64,000 nt of DNA, from assembly GCF_009914755.1 (NCBI RefSeq), contig NC_060929.1. One strand, written 5' to 3'. This document shows positions 46,150 through 62,330 of this stretch, in pieces (position 1 is the stretch's first letter; each line of letters starts with the position of its first letter). Under the pieces are notes generated by a model, which had not been told where the DNA came from, did not search any database, and was given only the letters and a program-made list of their open reading frames with translations. This DNA is from the human T2T-CHM13v2.0 reference genome, Homo sapiens. The position numbers and the translations under genes were made by a program.

Positions 46150-46570
46150 TTAGCTTTTCAGAAAACCTGGTTTCTAGTCTCAATTCAGCCACATGATATC
46201 CTTGTGACCTCAGAGAACACACGGCCTCTCAGATCCACAGTGCCTTCATGTGTAAGTGAAAATGTTGTTACTGCTATGCTCACCTCAGGTGGGCTCCCGA
46301 GGATCAAAGGAGTTGGTGCATGTGACAGGGCTTTCTAGACTATAAAGTGCTCCACAAATGTTAGTTCTTGTTAAAAGTAGACAGACGCAATGAAGTATCA
46401 TTGACTTCAGAAACAACAAGAGTTAGTTGAAATCTACCTCTATGATTGTAAGCAAAACTCACCTTTCCTGAATTTCTGTTTCTTCATCCTCAAAACAGAA
46501 ATAATACCCACTAACACTCAGGGTTGTCAGAGTTCAGTGACACAATGTCAACAAAGGGCCTGACTAGCAC
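46150..46570 (+). mobile_element. Two adjacent MIR fragments
   Basis: ttgtgacctc...gtgccttcatgtgtaagtg...aaagtgctccacaaatgttag; tttctgtttcttcatcctcaaaacagaaataata. Confidence 0.55.
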
Positions 46571-46704
46571 AGTTTCCCAGTAACCTCTTCTCTTCTCTGA
46601 TTTCCTGGCTCAAATGTCTTTGGGATGATATTATCATCATTGTTATTGGTCCATCCTTAAGTTTCCCCTGTCCTCAAGAAAGTATATTTATATATTATTA
46701 TTGG

Positions 46705-47010
46705 TTATGTGCAGGCTCTGGAGTAGGACTATCTGGCTTTAATCCTGGCTCTGCACTTGCTAATGCTGTGTTCTTGAGCAAGTCACTGTGCTTCTCTTGG
46801 CCTCTGTTATCTTTTATAGGGAACAGTACCTCCCTGAAGTGACAAACCATCCCAGTTTGTCTGTGACAGGACTTTCAGTGCTGAAATCAGGAAAGTCCTA
46901 AGCAAACAGGGATGAGCTGGTGACCCTATTACCTACCTCACAGGTTTTTTAACGAGGATGAAAGGAGTTATAAATGTGAAGTGCTTAGAACAACACCTGC
47001 AGTTAGTATT
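46705..47010 (+). mobile_element. MIR interrupted by a MER81-like element (~46835-46928)
   Basis: MIR head (caggctctggag...aatcctggctctgcacttgc) and tail (acctacctcacagg...gtgcttagaacaacacctg) flank gtgacaaaccatcccagtttg...ggactttcagtgctgaaatcaggaaagtcc...gggatgagctggtgaccct. Confidence 0.7.
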
Positions 47011-47524
47011 ACATCTCACTATTATTTCTCCAGAAACAGTCCTTTGGTCCAAAAATTGAATAGTGGGTTTAAGGGCACAGGGACAAATCACAGCAGAGAC
47101 AGAGAGGCCTCCTCAGAATCACTCATCCAAGCCCAGGCACAGCCACCTCCCCGGGGCCTGCTGCTGACACTGTTCTGAATCATCCTCTGCTTTCCAGGGT
47201 CATACGCAGAGGGGAACCACCGCAACTGCCATCCTTGTCTACAGCTACGACTGTCCTTCTGGTCACTTTGAACCTGCTGCCCGAAGGGAAGAGAGGGGAT
47301 GAAGAAAAAAAAAAACCTACCTCATTGTTTGATACTTCTTGTGAGGATTGACGAAGCCCTAGAGGGTGAGGGGAGGTGAGGCCAGGGTTGAGCTTCAAAT
47401 CCCTGACTTCCCTATCCTGCCTCTGAACAGGCTCCAGTGGGGGCCATGAAGTATATTTCTGATGCTGTATATTGCACATGATTGAGGGAACTTGACATAT
47501 TAATTCTGTGCTTCTCCCTGGGTC

Positions 47525-47715
47525 TGAAATAGCACTGCCTGGAGTCCAGTCCTGCATCTGCCTCTGCTAGGTAGGTGACCTTGGAATTGTTATTTAACTT
47601 CTCAGTTCTTTCATCTGTAACACAGGGAATAGTAAAAACAGGACCAACACCATAAAAGTGTTGTGTTATATGAGATAATTCATGTCAGGAAATTTTCTCA
47701 GAGCCTGGCCTAGTA
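47525..47715 (+). mobile_element. MIR
   Basis: ggtgaccttggaattgttatttaacttctcagttctttcatctgtaac. Confidence 0.7.
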
Positions 47716-48939
47716 TGGCAAACTAGGTGAAACTATAGTAAATTATATATAGGCACTGAGGGGAAATGAATATGTGTTTTGTTGGTATGCCTACATTTCC
47801 AAATATTAACATCTTCCTTTTAGATAACTTACATATAAAATTTATTCACTCATTTTTACCATCCCTTTGAAATTAGAATGTTAAAATTATGACAATATTT
47901 TTCCAGGCCTAATGTTGAAATGGAAATCCTGTGTGGTTTCTATGCTTTGTTAAGAGTTTGCTCATTGTCAATAACCAATAAGAATTTAAAATCTGAGCTT
48001 TCAAAAACTGGTTCCAGAAATTAGGTTTTAGTGTGTCATCAGTTCTACCAGAAAGAATGCCAGGAATAAACATCAGACAATAAAGTTATATCTTGCATGT
48101 TTAATTGCTTGCATGTTTACCAAAATCACTCTTTTCATAACAATGAAATTCTTGCTCTTCTCCCTTATGAGTGTTTCCAAAGCAGTTTTAATTGTGACAA
48201 GGCAATCAAACAATGTCCTAAGTTCCTCGTTCTATTTTCCCTACCTTAATGCTTTTCTGGGTTTGATTCCTTCATACTCCCTGGTATATTTCCATGCAGA
48301 TGATCTTATGTTTGGAAGCACAAAACAAGGCAAGGCTTTTGCCTTTAGACATGCTGTTGCTGCCAGAATCCCCTGTGAGCTCCCTTTTCCATTGTTTCCA
48401 AGCATAATAACAGGATCACCCAAGGGTCTTTATTAAAGCATTGGGGCCAAGATTGTACCACCAAAAACAGCCCTCTGGACTCACTTTTTTATACAATCTG
48501 GCTCCTCTATAACAAGCTTTCAGGTTATGTCGGTGATATGACTCACAAAGGGAAAGAATCTTCTGGCCTCCTGATGCACTGTCTTCCCAGAGTTAACTGA
48601 TGTGCAGTGTGAATCCAGTGTTTCAGCATACATAACATAAAATGAAAAGGATTATATATAGTGAGCATTGCCAAACTGTACTGTCTGAGTAAGTGCAGGC
48701 CAACATACCCTTTAAAGGTAATTTGAACAATTATTTCCATTTCTGCTACATCTCCGAATTTCCCCTATCCTTATAGAATTCAGCCTGCAAATTGAAGGTC
48801 AAAGAATGTTCATCTCTGAATTTTATGGCATCTAAGTTTAAAAAACTGCACCCGTTCATCAAACTTTAGACCAAAAATCTATGTGTACTACCCTGTGTAA
48901 ATTAAACCTCATTTTAGAAATGGGGTGAGGTGTTGATGG

Positions 48940-49045
48940 GGAGGAATGCCCAAAGATCAAGTAATTCAGAACCTCTTGGTGGTGGGGCCTGGATATGGGT
49001 ATATTTTCAAAACTCTCCAGGTGACTCTAATACACAATTGGCAGG
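48940..49045. mobile_element. MER5-like fragment
   Basis: attcagaacctcttggtggtggggcctgga...ttttcaaaactctccaggtgactctaat. Confidence 0.55.
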
Positions 49046-49639
49046 AATACCCTATGATAAAGGAAAATTGAGAGTGGTTTAGGTTCAGGGTTTGGGCACT
49101 CCTGCAATATCTGGACGTATCTATGTCTCCTAGCACTGAACTCCTACCATCAACCTCAATTAGTATGCTACAGAAACTTCAGTAATGCCATTGCCTTTTA
49201 AGCTGGTTGCCACCCTTCTGACCCTTTCCATCTAGACCATCTAGAAATTTTATTAGGTATGCTTTTGTGAAGGGTATTTATGAAGTGGCAATGACCCCAG
49301 ACTCTCTCCTCCTTTCATGGCCAGAATAAACATTGGCCTTACTATAAAAAGAAATGCATGAAAAAACTGAGCTTACTCAGGGAGTAAAATTATTATTTGA
49401 ATTACAGCAAAACAAGTTTGACTCTTTTTCTTGCCTTGCTTCTCTTTTCGTGTCGCCATGGGAGCACTTCCACATGACACATTTAGACCTAAGAAGGAAC
49501 TGCCAGTTTCACACAAGAAGGAATGAACATGTTCACCGCAAACCACAGGAAGCATGACTGGCAGCTTCCTGGGCCAACCCAGAAATGTGGCTTGCACCAG
49601 GAATGATGGAATAGATTGTATCTCTTCCTTCTGTCATGC

Positions 49640-50402
49640 TTTTGTACTCTACTGGCAGAATTTTTTTTTGAAAAATGACATTCTTTATCCCATGTCCTTG
49701 ATCAGAATGTTCCAGTAGAACTGCCGGTTGCAGAAAAAACTGTAATCTTCACAGTTCACCACTAAATGGTCTTACTCCTCGAGCCCAAAGCTACTAGTTC
49801 TAGCCTGATTTTCCACTACTTGTCTGCACTATTTCTTGCTGTTCCTCAAGTGAGTTCTTCTCTCTCCCACCCCACTTCTTTCCCTGTGCCTTATTCCTGG
49901 AATACCTTCTCTCCAAACCTCACTTCTCTTTCCAGCCTTGGTGTCCCCGACCACATCAGCATAGGCCTTCTCCTTTCCTGAAAGTTTGAGCCTGTATTCC
50001 TGCCAGACTGAGCATGAGCTTTGGACTCAGAGAGATCCACTTTAAAATCCTATGACCTTCAGGAAGTTCTTTCATTTTTTATCTTTAAAAAAAGGGGATG
50101 ATAATAATACTCCTGGGGGTGGATTGCTGTAAGAATTATATGAGATCACATGTGAATGCACTTAGATGATCAATACATATTTGCCTTCCCTTTACCACTC
50201 AAATAGCATTGCTTTCTACTGTGGGTTTTTGAAAGCACATCTTACTGTCTCTATCAAAGCCTAGGGTCCTTGAAAGCAAGGGTTTTTTTTTTTTTTAAAA
50301 AATAACTTCTTTGAATACTCTCTAACACTAAGAAGAGTGCCTTGCATGTAGAAAGTACTCCACAAATATTTTTGATGGCTGAATAAATAAATAAATGAAT
50401 TT
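49640..50402 (+). mobile_element. L2 fragments interrupted by a MIR (~50005-50185)
   Basis: L2 motifs (ccttattcctggaataccttc; gggtccttgaaagcaaggg...gtactccacaaatatttttga) flank a MIR head/core (gagctttggactcag...ggggatgataataatac). Confidence 0.55.
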
Positions 50403-52719
50403 TCTGGCTCTCTGTTGGATAAAAGATAATGGCATGGAGGGGGATATGATGGAGAGAGCCAGTTTACTTAAAATATAGTGCCTTGACAAAATGTTGTAAC
50501 AATTAGCATCAATGATAATTATGGAAAACATATTAAATAACTTATCCGGTTATATACTAACCTATTTAGGCTTCCTGGGCAAAAAGAAATGTTGAATGTT
50601 CCATACAACAGCAAAGAGGTACTCAGGATCACACAAAAATAAATTCATTGACATTTGATGTTCTTATGCTTACAATGTAAAGAATAAAATGGGTTCTTGT
50701 CGTTTCCTTTTTAAAAACTTCCCTTTAATAAACTACCCACGACTGTGTGGTCCAGATGGTTGTTTGGTATATCAGTGTGAAATAATGCTTTACATTCTGT
50801 GAGAATAGAGAGGAAGCACACAAAGGGATGCCTTATGGACAATCCAGGCAGAGATAGTGCCTCTCTCGCAATAGGGACACACTTTTTTTTTTTTTTTAAA
50901 GATTCTGTATATAGAAAGGTTATTGCTTCATTATGAGGTGAACTGTTTGACAAAGAGATGATGCCAGAGAGTTCATATTCCTTAGGAGGAGACATCTTAG
51001 TCCTCTCTCCAGAGAGAAAGAAAAAAGAATTAGATGCGATGTTTTTGAGTATTTACTGCCAATGCTGCTAAAAAAGCACTCATAGTCTTATTAGATGACA
51101 CAAGAATAGACTCAGTTTTATATTGCAAGGTAGAAATGGGTCATTTATTGATGTTTAAGATCCATCAAGACTTGCAGGTAAATTGAGACTCTTGACAGAT
51201 GACCTTGAAACAAAACAGTGCAATATGATATTTCTCTACCACCAGAAAAAAAGACATTTTTGACAGCTGAGAAATAGTGGCCAGATCTTGAAGTCATTTT
51301 TATCCCTCTTAGAGGAATTTGAAATATAAAACTTAGGACAGAGGTCACATCTTTGCTAGGCTCTTCAAGAGCTTAAAGTAATATCAAGATCCCACAGATA
51401 AACAATGACTTCTAATCATTATGTTTTTAAGGAAAAATATGTGATAGGATTTAGTGAGAAGTAAATTTATACCATGTTTTAACAAATGCCTCATCATTTT
51501 ATATGTTTACTCAGTTGTGCCTACATTTTCATATCTAATACTGATGGAAAAATATAGGTTAATGTAAAAGTAGTTGATGTAAATGCATGATAATAGTACC
51601 ATGGTTATCTCCTCACCTAGTAGTCTTTTGGGTAATAAGTATGACCAACATTAAACAATGCTACAGTTTATTAGAACCTTCAGAAATTTTAAAATCTGGA
51701 GTATTCTTTCAGGTCTCATAAAACTATTTCAAAAGGGAGAAAATAACTTTTATATTAATAGTATATTAGAGCTAATGGACAATCAATTACACATTTTTTT
51801 TTTCTTCTAGTGGATTAGATTTGCAGCAGGAAGGAAATTTGAAAGGAAAGAAAAGAATAAAATTCTAGGACCTATCACTCTCACCAAGATACAAAACATT
51901 TACCAAGAATCAACTGATGTAATGTTATTGTTACCCTCTTTACCAAATACGGATACTAATGCTAGAGATTTTTTCCCAGTTTCTTTCTAATCTAAGTCTG
52001 ACTCTAAAACATAAATGAAGAAAAATATATCACAATGTGTTATTTTACTCTCTTACTGGAGGAAGGCTTTTGCTGACACCCTATCTGAAATGGATACCTT
52101 TTGCAGCATAAGCTGTGCTTCTGAACTTTTGTCTCATGATGTGCAAGCATAACAGACATTCAAAAGACTGAGGATACAAAAATGGGGATTCATAGTTTAA
52201 TGTATGCCCTTTTTCATATTTTTCTTCAATCACACACTGTCATTTTGAACCACATTGCTTTCCTAATCAATGATAGTGTAGATGGAAGAATTTTCAAAAA
52301 ATGTTATACCTAAAACTGATAAAAAGGTATCAGTCCATGTTTCTCCCTAATTATCCTAAATCAACACTGTTTTCTAGAAGTTTTCATTTCTTTATTTTTT
52401 TCCTTTTAATCTCCAAGGTACTCTAATTGCTTCCATATTATAAAGATTGTTAATATTGTCATGACAACTAAGGAAACTTTGCCACCAGAAGTTATTCAAA
52501 ATACAATGAAATACTTACTGTGGGGTTTTCTAGTGTTGACTGAGATTATAAAAATATGCTTTGTGCTTCCCACCTCAATCTAGATCAAAGTGTTTTGGAC
52601 TAATTTGTCTGCTTACATCAGGAAAAAGTGTTTGCTTTTAATCATTGTGTGGGTTTGGTTGAATATATTTTAGCTGTAGTAATGATACACTGAAGGAAAG
52701 AATGTTTAAGGCAATAAAA

Positions 52720-53100
52720 CCTAATTACTTTTCATGGATAGGAAAGGTAGTGAACATTCAATACGATAAACATGCAGTCTGTCTTAAGGGATATGGAGCT
52801 TCAGAAACATATACCAAGATTTTAAAAAATGTGCAAGGCTAAACCATCAAATCTAGGTTTGCAAGCTTGGATAATAAAACTATAAAGCAAAGCAAGATGG
52901 AATAATTATAAAGATCAGGTGTCTGGCTGCTTTTCTGGGAAGGGAATGGCTGTGGTTGAGACAGTTCGCATGAGAGGCTTTTGAGGTGACCTAGGAGGCG
53001 GTTAAAAGGACATTTGTCTTATAATAAATCGTTAAGCTATGCACTCATCTAGCCTGGTCTATCTGCATTTATTTTACAATGAAGTGATTTTTAAAATGTT
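52720..53100 (+). mobile_element. L1M 3'UTR fragment
   Basis: aaaactataaagcaaagcaag...ataattataaagatcagg...gacctaggaggcggtt. Confidence 0.45.
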
Positions 53101-53331
53101 AAGGCTACGCAGCTTCAGATTCTGAGCATAACTCTGTAGGCTATTTATAATCTGGAGGAGGTTTCTTGGACTTTAAGCAATGCCTCTGCCTTCGTATGTC
53201 TCAATATTGTACTGACAGGGTCAGAGATCAGAGAAAGATTAAGAACTGCCATAAAGACAAAGACAAAAGAATTTGAAAGTAAAATTTCAATTTAAAATTG
53301 TTTTAAAATTATTATTAAAATATTTGATGTA

Positions 53332-54120
<789 letters not shown>

Positions 54121-54789
54121 AGTAAAGCCTAAAGTATACAGTAGGAACATACATATTTTAAAAGTTGCCTTAGGATACTATAGTCTACATGGGGTTTGTG
54201 GCGTTTCAATCAATTTTATATACTTGAATATGACTATTTGTAAAAATTCTAACTGAACGATCTTAGAGATTAGTCCTTCATTTGGGACTAGTTCAATTAC
54301 AAATTAGTGGCTTAATATAATTACAATAAAATAATCCTAAAACTGAAATAAAATAAATCTAAGTGGATGAGCACATGGGCGTGTTTGCAGTTCCTGGCAT
54401 TCAGAGAATCTTTGCATTATTATTAACCCACAATGAGGAAAGGAGACACAAGGAAAGACACAATTAAAATGGAGTAGAGAATTGGATTAATTTCTTAGGT
54501 AACTCACGGGAAAATAAAATACAGTGATTGTTTCTAGAGAAGCATTGTAATTTTTGCTTTTTGTCTTCTCAAGATATATCTGTACCATGGAAAGTGAAGT
54601 AGTTTGTTTATTCTCACATATCATCATTTATTTAACATAAAATGTTGAAGCTATATATAAATAAATGTGCTGTAATTCACGATCTTATGTCCTTCCTGTT
54701 AAAATCTTGTTCATTCTTGAGCTGAGCTAACTCCTTAATGTAAGAAAATATCTGTCATCTATCTCCACATAGTGTGTGTATGTGTCTGC

Positions 54790-56580
54790 ATATACATATT
54801 TTTTTCTAAACAATTTGAGATTACACATCATGCTCTTTACCCCCTAAATATTTTAATGTATATCTCATAGTAATAGACACTTTTATATACATAACTGCAA
54901 TATGATGTTCAACTTCAGTAAATATAACAATCAATTTTATCCTAGTCTACCATCTAGATGTCTGTTTTATCCATTAACACAATAACTAACATCTTTACAG
55001 CATTTTTTCTTGCAGTATGTGGGGGTGGAGTTCAGTCTAGGATCAAATATTGCATTGAATTATTAACCTTTCATTAAAATTTTTTCACAGGTTTTCTTTG
55101 TCTTCCGTGATATTGATGTTTTGAAGTACACAAAAATATACAATATTCCTTATTTGGAGTTATTTGACATTTCCTCATGATTTAACTCAAATTATAAACT
55201 CCTGGCTAGAATATCACATAAGCAGCATTGTGTCTTTTTCAATGTATCACATCTGGAAGCAAATGATTTCCATTTGTTCTTCATTAGCGATATTAATTTT
55301 GATGACACAGTGAAGCTGTTACACTATTTGTTCACTGTATAATTATTTTTTTCCTTGTAACGAATAAGAAACCCAAGGATTACCTGAAAAACATCCTGCT
55401 CCCCATCAAAATTTCCCCTATGTTTAGCGTTCATTGGTGACTTTTGCCTGAGTCAATCTTTGCAAATGAATAATTATTCAACTCCAGCCTTTCTTCTACA
55501 TTTGCCACTTGACACAATAGTCTACTGTAAGCAAGAGGCCTCACTTTTTACTTGTGGATTTATCTATTAATATTTATTATTAGTATGAATGCATGGACTT
55601 CAATCTTATAATTTGGTTTATAATTCATTACTATACTCACTTATTTTGTCATTAAAAATTTTCCAGATTTGGCCAGTATCAGCTCCTTCAAGCTGGTCTC
55701 CATCTTTTTTTTTTTCTAGTACTTTATTTTTGTTGTAACAAAACTTTGTAGGCTCATCTTGTACCTATCCCACTCCAATCTTGTAATCAATCATTTCTCT
55801 GAGAAGCCCTAGTTCCTTTTAGGGAGAAATATTAGATACGAAAATAGGCATGATAAGTGTGCTAATTGCTACTGTGGTGGCTTTATTTCTAGGTGCTTTC
55901 AGTGGCCAGAGCTAGGAAATATGTGCATGTAGGTAGACACAGTCAGGCACACCTCTACATATACATATACATATACATGGGTACTTATATATGCCTATAC
56001 ACATATATGCATATTTTAGAAGTCATAAATTCACACTGATCCTTTTCATTTTAATTCATTCCCATAGAATTGTTTATTGTCTTTTTCAGTTCTATATTTG
56101 TAAGTTCCTTCTTCCACAGTGAGAACTCTGGATCTCAACAACATCAGCACATTTATTCATTTGCTTAATTCTGTAATGCACCTAAAATGATCCCCAAATT
56201 GCTCTGCCCATATCACTACAAAATAAATAAATAAACCTACTAAACAGAATTCAGGATTTGTTTTTAGTATTTATTCCATTACATCCCCAACGAAGACTGA
56301 CAATACATAGTCAAATACCGTGTTTATAAATTACTTGAATTAGTTCTTTTGCCTGCTTCAGTTTAGCTATGGCATACATTTGAATTAAAATTGCAGTTTA
56401 ATTTTTGTTTCAGTTTTCCCCTTCTCATCTTGGTTGATTTAATTTTATTTTTGATTAGTAAAACATTAACATGCTTCCAAAAGTTAAAACTATGTGAAGA
56501 GTATATCTGTATCCCTTCTGTATCACTTCCACCCTATTTTCTGATCCCATTGTAGGTAACCAACTTGATTGCCTTCATAG
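54790..56580 (-). mobile_element. L1MC4/5-like 3' region
   Basis: catgctctttacccctaaatatttt...ttttccagatttggccagt...ctccttcaagctgg...tcatttctctgagaagccctagttccttt. Confidence 0.7.
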
Positions 56581-57749
56581 TCTTGATAATTATTAAACTG
56601 TGTGACCTCTCTGAGCTCTTTTTTTAAACAGAGTTATGATAATTTGGAAAATATGTGCAGTTTGGTTGGCACGGTGCTTGACATATACTAGGTTGCCAAT
56701 AAGTGGTTATAAGAATCATCATTGGTAATAATATTTACCAGTAAACACACAAAATCTTTTATATAAGGAAGAGATCTTTTTCTTATGCCAGTGTGGAACT
56801 TGGCAGAAAAGGACATGAGAGAAGATTCAAATGGGACCAGCTCAAGGCTTCCTTTGGTGAAGGATTTGGGGGTTATGTTTAGAACCATACTATATGATAT
56901 TTGTAGGTCTAATTACCTATTTATGATCCTGCATATTCATTCCCCAGTGTGGATTCAGGCATTCTTATTTTCTTCTTTCCATTGTTATAACAAAGTTAGG
57001 CATTTTGATAATCCCCTGTGGTTTTCAACATGAATGCTGAAAGGAGTGAAACAGTTGACACATCTGATGATAACAGACACAGTTTGGCCCAGTGCGGGTA
57101 AAGCAATGGAAGAGCTTCTCTCACCCTGAAGCCTGTCTATCCTTTTGCACGTGTCACATGTTAAATGACCATTTGACATGCCACAAAAAATGTATATGTT
57201 CATTTGAAGTGTTTCTTTACCTTGTAAGAGTATGGCTGCAGCAGCTATTCCAGTGAAAAGAATGTCTACATTTAGATGTCGATATTTTAGGTGGGTCATG
57301 AAATTAAATTTCTCTTCAGGAGTGAGCATATGTTGATAGTGCATGGCAGAGCTGTGTGTGCGTGAGTGTGGTTAGGAAGAAGGAAAAGAGGCCTTCTGTC
57401 TTTTAGATGCATATTCATAGGGAAACTCATAAAGTTCTTTGAGAAAAGTTCCATTTATATATTTGATTCTTGATAATTAAAGCAAATCGACTGAAAGGGA
57501 ACCATTCGCTTCATAGTTTTGTTTGTAGTTTAATGCTGCTAACACATGGCAACTTATGTGTTTAATGTATTGTTTAGCATTTATATTCTGGTTGTTTTAT
57601 TTTAGAGTCATACGACATTTCTTCTTATTGAAAATTATCTCTTTTTTTGGACTAAATAATGATTTCACTTTCTTAAGCCTTCATTTTTTTCTTTGATATA
57701 TTTGATATTTGCCATTCACTGCATTTACAGATTTTGTATTAATTTTTTT

Positions 57750-58500
<751 letters not shown>

Positions 58501-60054
58501 TAGTTTAAGGGGCATTTTTTGCAAGATTACTTTTAATAAAAACAATTGACATTAATTAAATTGTCCCTCCTGTTAGTGAATAATGGACATCAACTGACCA
58601 GAAGAAAGACTTAACATTCACCAATACTCAACCTATGCCACCCTCTGACCCAACAATAATTCACATGCTGCTTCTCTAGCAGTGTTAGGTAATCATCTAA
58701 GGCAAGTAAAATACATTTACTCTCTCATTTCTGGGTGACAGTTTGCTAAGATCTAAGAAGGTTAATCATTTTGATGATCAATTGTACCATTTCTTTTTGA
58801 TGAGAATGAATGCTTCTCAGAAAGACATGGATCAGTAAGATCTCAGTGTAGCCTGTGTACATCGTAATTGTTCATGTGATTTCCATAAGAAATGCAATAG
58901 CAGCAAGACCATTCAAAGTAAAAAAGAGGATTCGAAAATTATCTTACAAAATGTGCAAAAAGCTTCCCATTTATTTATTTCTAGGGAGTTTTTGTTGTTA
59001 TTTTGTTTGGGCATTTAACAATTTTTTAAAAATTGTCATTGTATTCTTCCCATTCTGTTAATGGGTAGATTTCCCTTTTTTGGTTGACACTTCCTATTTT
59101 GTGATACCTATCAACATTAAAGTAATAGTAAATACAAATGATTTTAACTTTAAGTTTTTGAGCTTCTTTTTCTTTTCTTTCATTTCCTTAAGGCCTCAAT
59201 TTCATAAATAGTCCTTTTTTCATATTTTTATTGTCTCTTTATTTCTGTTTATTTCTAAGACATCACTATTGCTGATATCCCATGATGCACAATATGTTAC
59301 ATGAACCACTTTTATTCTTCTTCTTTTAATAGTATTATTCTTACCTTTACCTTTTCTGTAACATAAATAATTCCTAATGCCTCTTACAGTGGGCCCCGCT
59401 AGTATACATAAATTGGTCAGCCCTTCTTTAGTCACTTCTATATTTTACTACCAGCCCTGAAATAGGCGTTACCTTCTGTTTCTTAACTATTCCTCTAATT
59501 CTGTAGCAGTATGTGAAAATCCTTACACTGTGAAAAAAAAAAGACATGCTAGCAAAACAAAAAACAATATTTTATTTAGATTGACTGTAAATTTTTCAAG
59601 GTGTCCATTCTCACCAGCTAGAGTGTAGTGGTGTGTTCCTGTTTCCTTAGGATAGGGCCTGATACTTAGTAGGCAGTCAACACTTGCTCATCAGGGGACT
59701 ATTTGCTTTTTGGATGAATCCAAACTGTTCTAAGAGCAACTGCAAAATTATGGTTGAGTATAGACAATGTTGATAAAGAATATAGAAAAATAGTGGTTGA
59801 TTTGTTAGGTGGGGGAGTAGTAAGTACTTTACTGCCATTTTTGTCTTTTGGTATTGTTATAGTGCTGATTGAAAAATAAAAAGTTCTGTTAGAGCTTGTC
59901 TGTTACAGGTCCATGCCTATGGATGACTGAAGTCAGCATGCTTCCTCCGTTTTACTATTGGCTGATCACATTGTAGCCTTCCTCTGACTTACAAAATTTT
60001 TTTGATATAGTGAAATTGAACTAAAGTGAATATCCAGATTAAGATTAAGAACAA

Positions 60055-60270
60055 TGATGAAAATAAAAGCCAATATTGCATATTCACTCATGGGCCAAGT
60101 ACAATATTTAGCACTTTGCTTGTATTACTTCATTTAATCCTCCCAACATCGTTAGGAGGTAGGATTATTATTGTCTCTATTTAGAGATGAGGAAGGACAG
60201 ATTCTGAGAGGCTAAATAACTTATTTAGAAAAACACAACATCTTGAGTCTGTCTCCAAAGTTCTTGAAAG
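60055..60270 (-). mobile_element. MIR
   Basis: catttaatcctcccaac...ggaggtaggattattatt...agatgaggaaggacagattctgagaggctaaataactt. Confidence 0.75.
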
Positions 60271-61475
60271 TAACTGTAACAGAGCCTGAGATAGTGGGTT
60301 AGAACTGAGGGCAGGCAGGCACATCTACTTTGCTCCAACAGGGATTAATGGTTTGACTGACCACTATATATTTTTTTTCAGAGATGGTGGCTGTAGCCTC
60401 TGCTTTGTTTACCCAAGACTCAGACAAGTCAGAATATAACTGAAGAACGAATAGGTGTACCCATCAGGAAAATTATTTGCATAAAAGACCAAGGTACTAT
60501 CTGGGGAGATGAAAAATAAGGAAAACAACAAAAAATAACAAAAATCACATTTCACTCACAGGAATGAGAGAGTGAAGACTACAGATTTGATCTGGCTAAT
60601 CACTCAGGATCACAGGAAAGGTCTGTTCAGATTCACAACAGTCCCTGAGTCGAAGGTCCTGGTGCTATGAGCAAGAAATGATGGGGCTCACTCATGCCAT
60701 TTCTCTAAGACTTTGGGAACACTGCTTTTAAGACGCATAGCAACAGACCCCAGGTGGACTAAAGAATAGAGCGTGGGGAGAGGAATTCTTTACACTGCAG
60801 CCTCAAGAGTCATGGTCACAGAAAGCCAAAACAGGTGAGGAAAAAAAAAAAAGATTGGTTGAAGTCACAGGGTATCTGGGATGGATCTGCTCATGGGGTT
60901 CACGTGAGATAGCCCTAGTGTTCACTATTCAGAGCTACCATGTTTCCTTCCTGGCCTTCTGACTGCTTCCCTGAGTCATGCCGCACAGGATAGGGGGTCA
61001 GCCCTACCGGAATTCACTATACCCGAGGTACAGCAACATTTTCTTGTTTTTGTTATTAAATATTGTTGTTCCAAGAAATGGTGAAGTCTTCAAGGGCAAA
61101 GACCATATTATTTTTCATATGTCTGGTAGGGCTTAGCACAATGTTGGGTATAGAGCAAGAAGTTGCTAATTCTTCTTTAACCTGATTTGACATTAATTTG
61201 GTTCTTATTGTTAGCCATTCAAAACTACAAGGTTGCAAAAAGGTATAAATGAAAAAAAAATCCCTCCTTCGTGGCTATCACCAAGGACAACATTGCTTGG
61301 AAAGGACTGAAACATTTTATATCTCTACCAGCCATTTCCCTGGGAAGCAAAGCCAAGCCTGTAATGCTGATTAACAATGTTAATGTTCTCCTGTAGGCGG
61401 ACAGGCAACTCAGAGGCTTGCTTCTCACCTTCCCCCTGTTCCTTAGATAGAATGACTTAACTCCTCTAATTTTTT

Positions 61476-61519
61476 AGAGAGAGAATGAGACAGAGAGAGA
61501 CACACACACAGAAAGAGAC
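61476..61519. repeat. Compound (GA)n/(CA)n simple repeat
   Basis: agagagagaatgagacagagagagacacacacacagaaagagac. Confidence 0.7.
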
Positions 61520-62004
61520 TTATTTACAGTTATGCAGTCTCTACTTGGTATAACACATATCCTACAGGAATTTAGAAAGCAGTGAACTTTAAACTGCAAC
61601 AACACAAATACCTCGTCTACCATATCAGAATAAATTAGGAACCAAGAACTGAGAAGGGAACTGATGCTTTAGGCCATTCAAGGGTCTTCTTGCCAAAGCC
61701 AATGAGGTTTCAGTATCAGAAAAAGCTGCAGCCCTTAGATTTCAGTGACTGTGGAAAGAGATAAAGTACCACAACACACCTGGCAGATTATAGTTTTTCA
61801 GCTCAGTTGTTTACTTACATTTGACCGTATACTTATTTGACTCAGAGACTCTGTTACTCTCACACATTTTACTGCCAGACCTTACACATTGCCAGGATTT
61901 CCCTGATGATGACTGGATATTTGTGAGTTTGTTCATCCTTTGACAGAATTTAAATGGTGGGATGATTTGTGGTTACAACTAAATTTGATAAAGTGTGTTT
62001 ATCC

Positions 62005-62330
62005 ATGGCATTAAGGAGTGAGCACTGGTCTAGAGGTCAATACATTTTAGCCTAATTCCATTCTGACCTTTGGCAAGAACCTCACCTCTCTGGGCCCCGT
62101 TTCCTCACGGGGAAATTAGCAGGTTACACTAGCTTGTTTAGAGGATCTTTGCCAACTCTAATATGCTGTGCTATTGTTTATAAGATGAGGTGTAACAGAG
62201 AGATGTCCAAACGAAATCAAGAAGACATGACTTGAAGTCCCTGCATTTGCCATTTACCAACTCATTAAATCTCTCTGAGCCTTGGTTTCTTTCATCTGTT
62301 AAGGTTCATTCCAGTTCTAAATTCTACGAT
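62005..62330 (+). mobile_element. Two MIR3-like fragments
   Basis: tgacctttggcaagaacctcacctctctgggccccgtttcctc; aatctctctgagccttggtttctttcatctgt...ttccagttctaaattct. Confidence 0.6.

Noticed and set aside
45880-46338. 152-aa ORF
   Set aside because: It starts in an L2-like tail and runs through a MIR, so it is a chance ORF.
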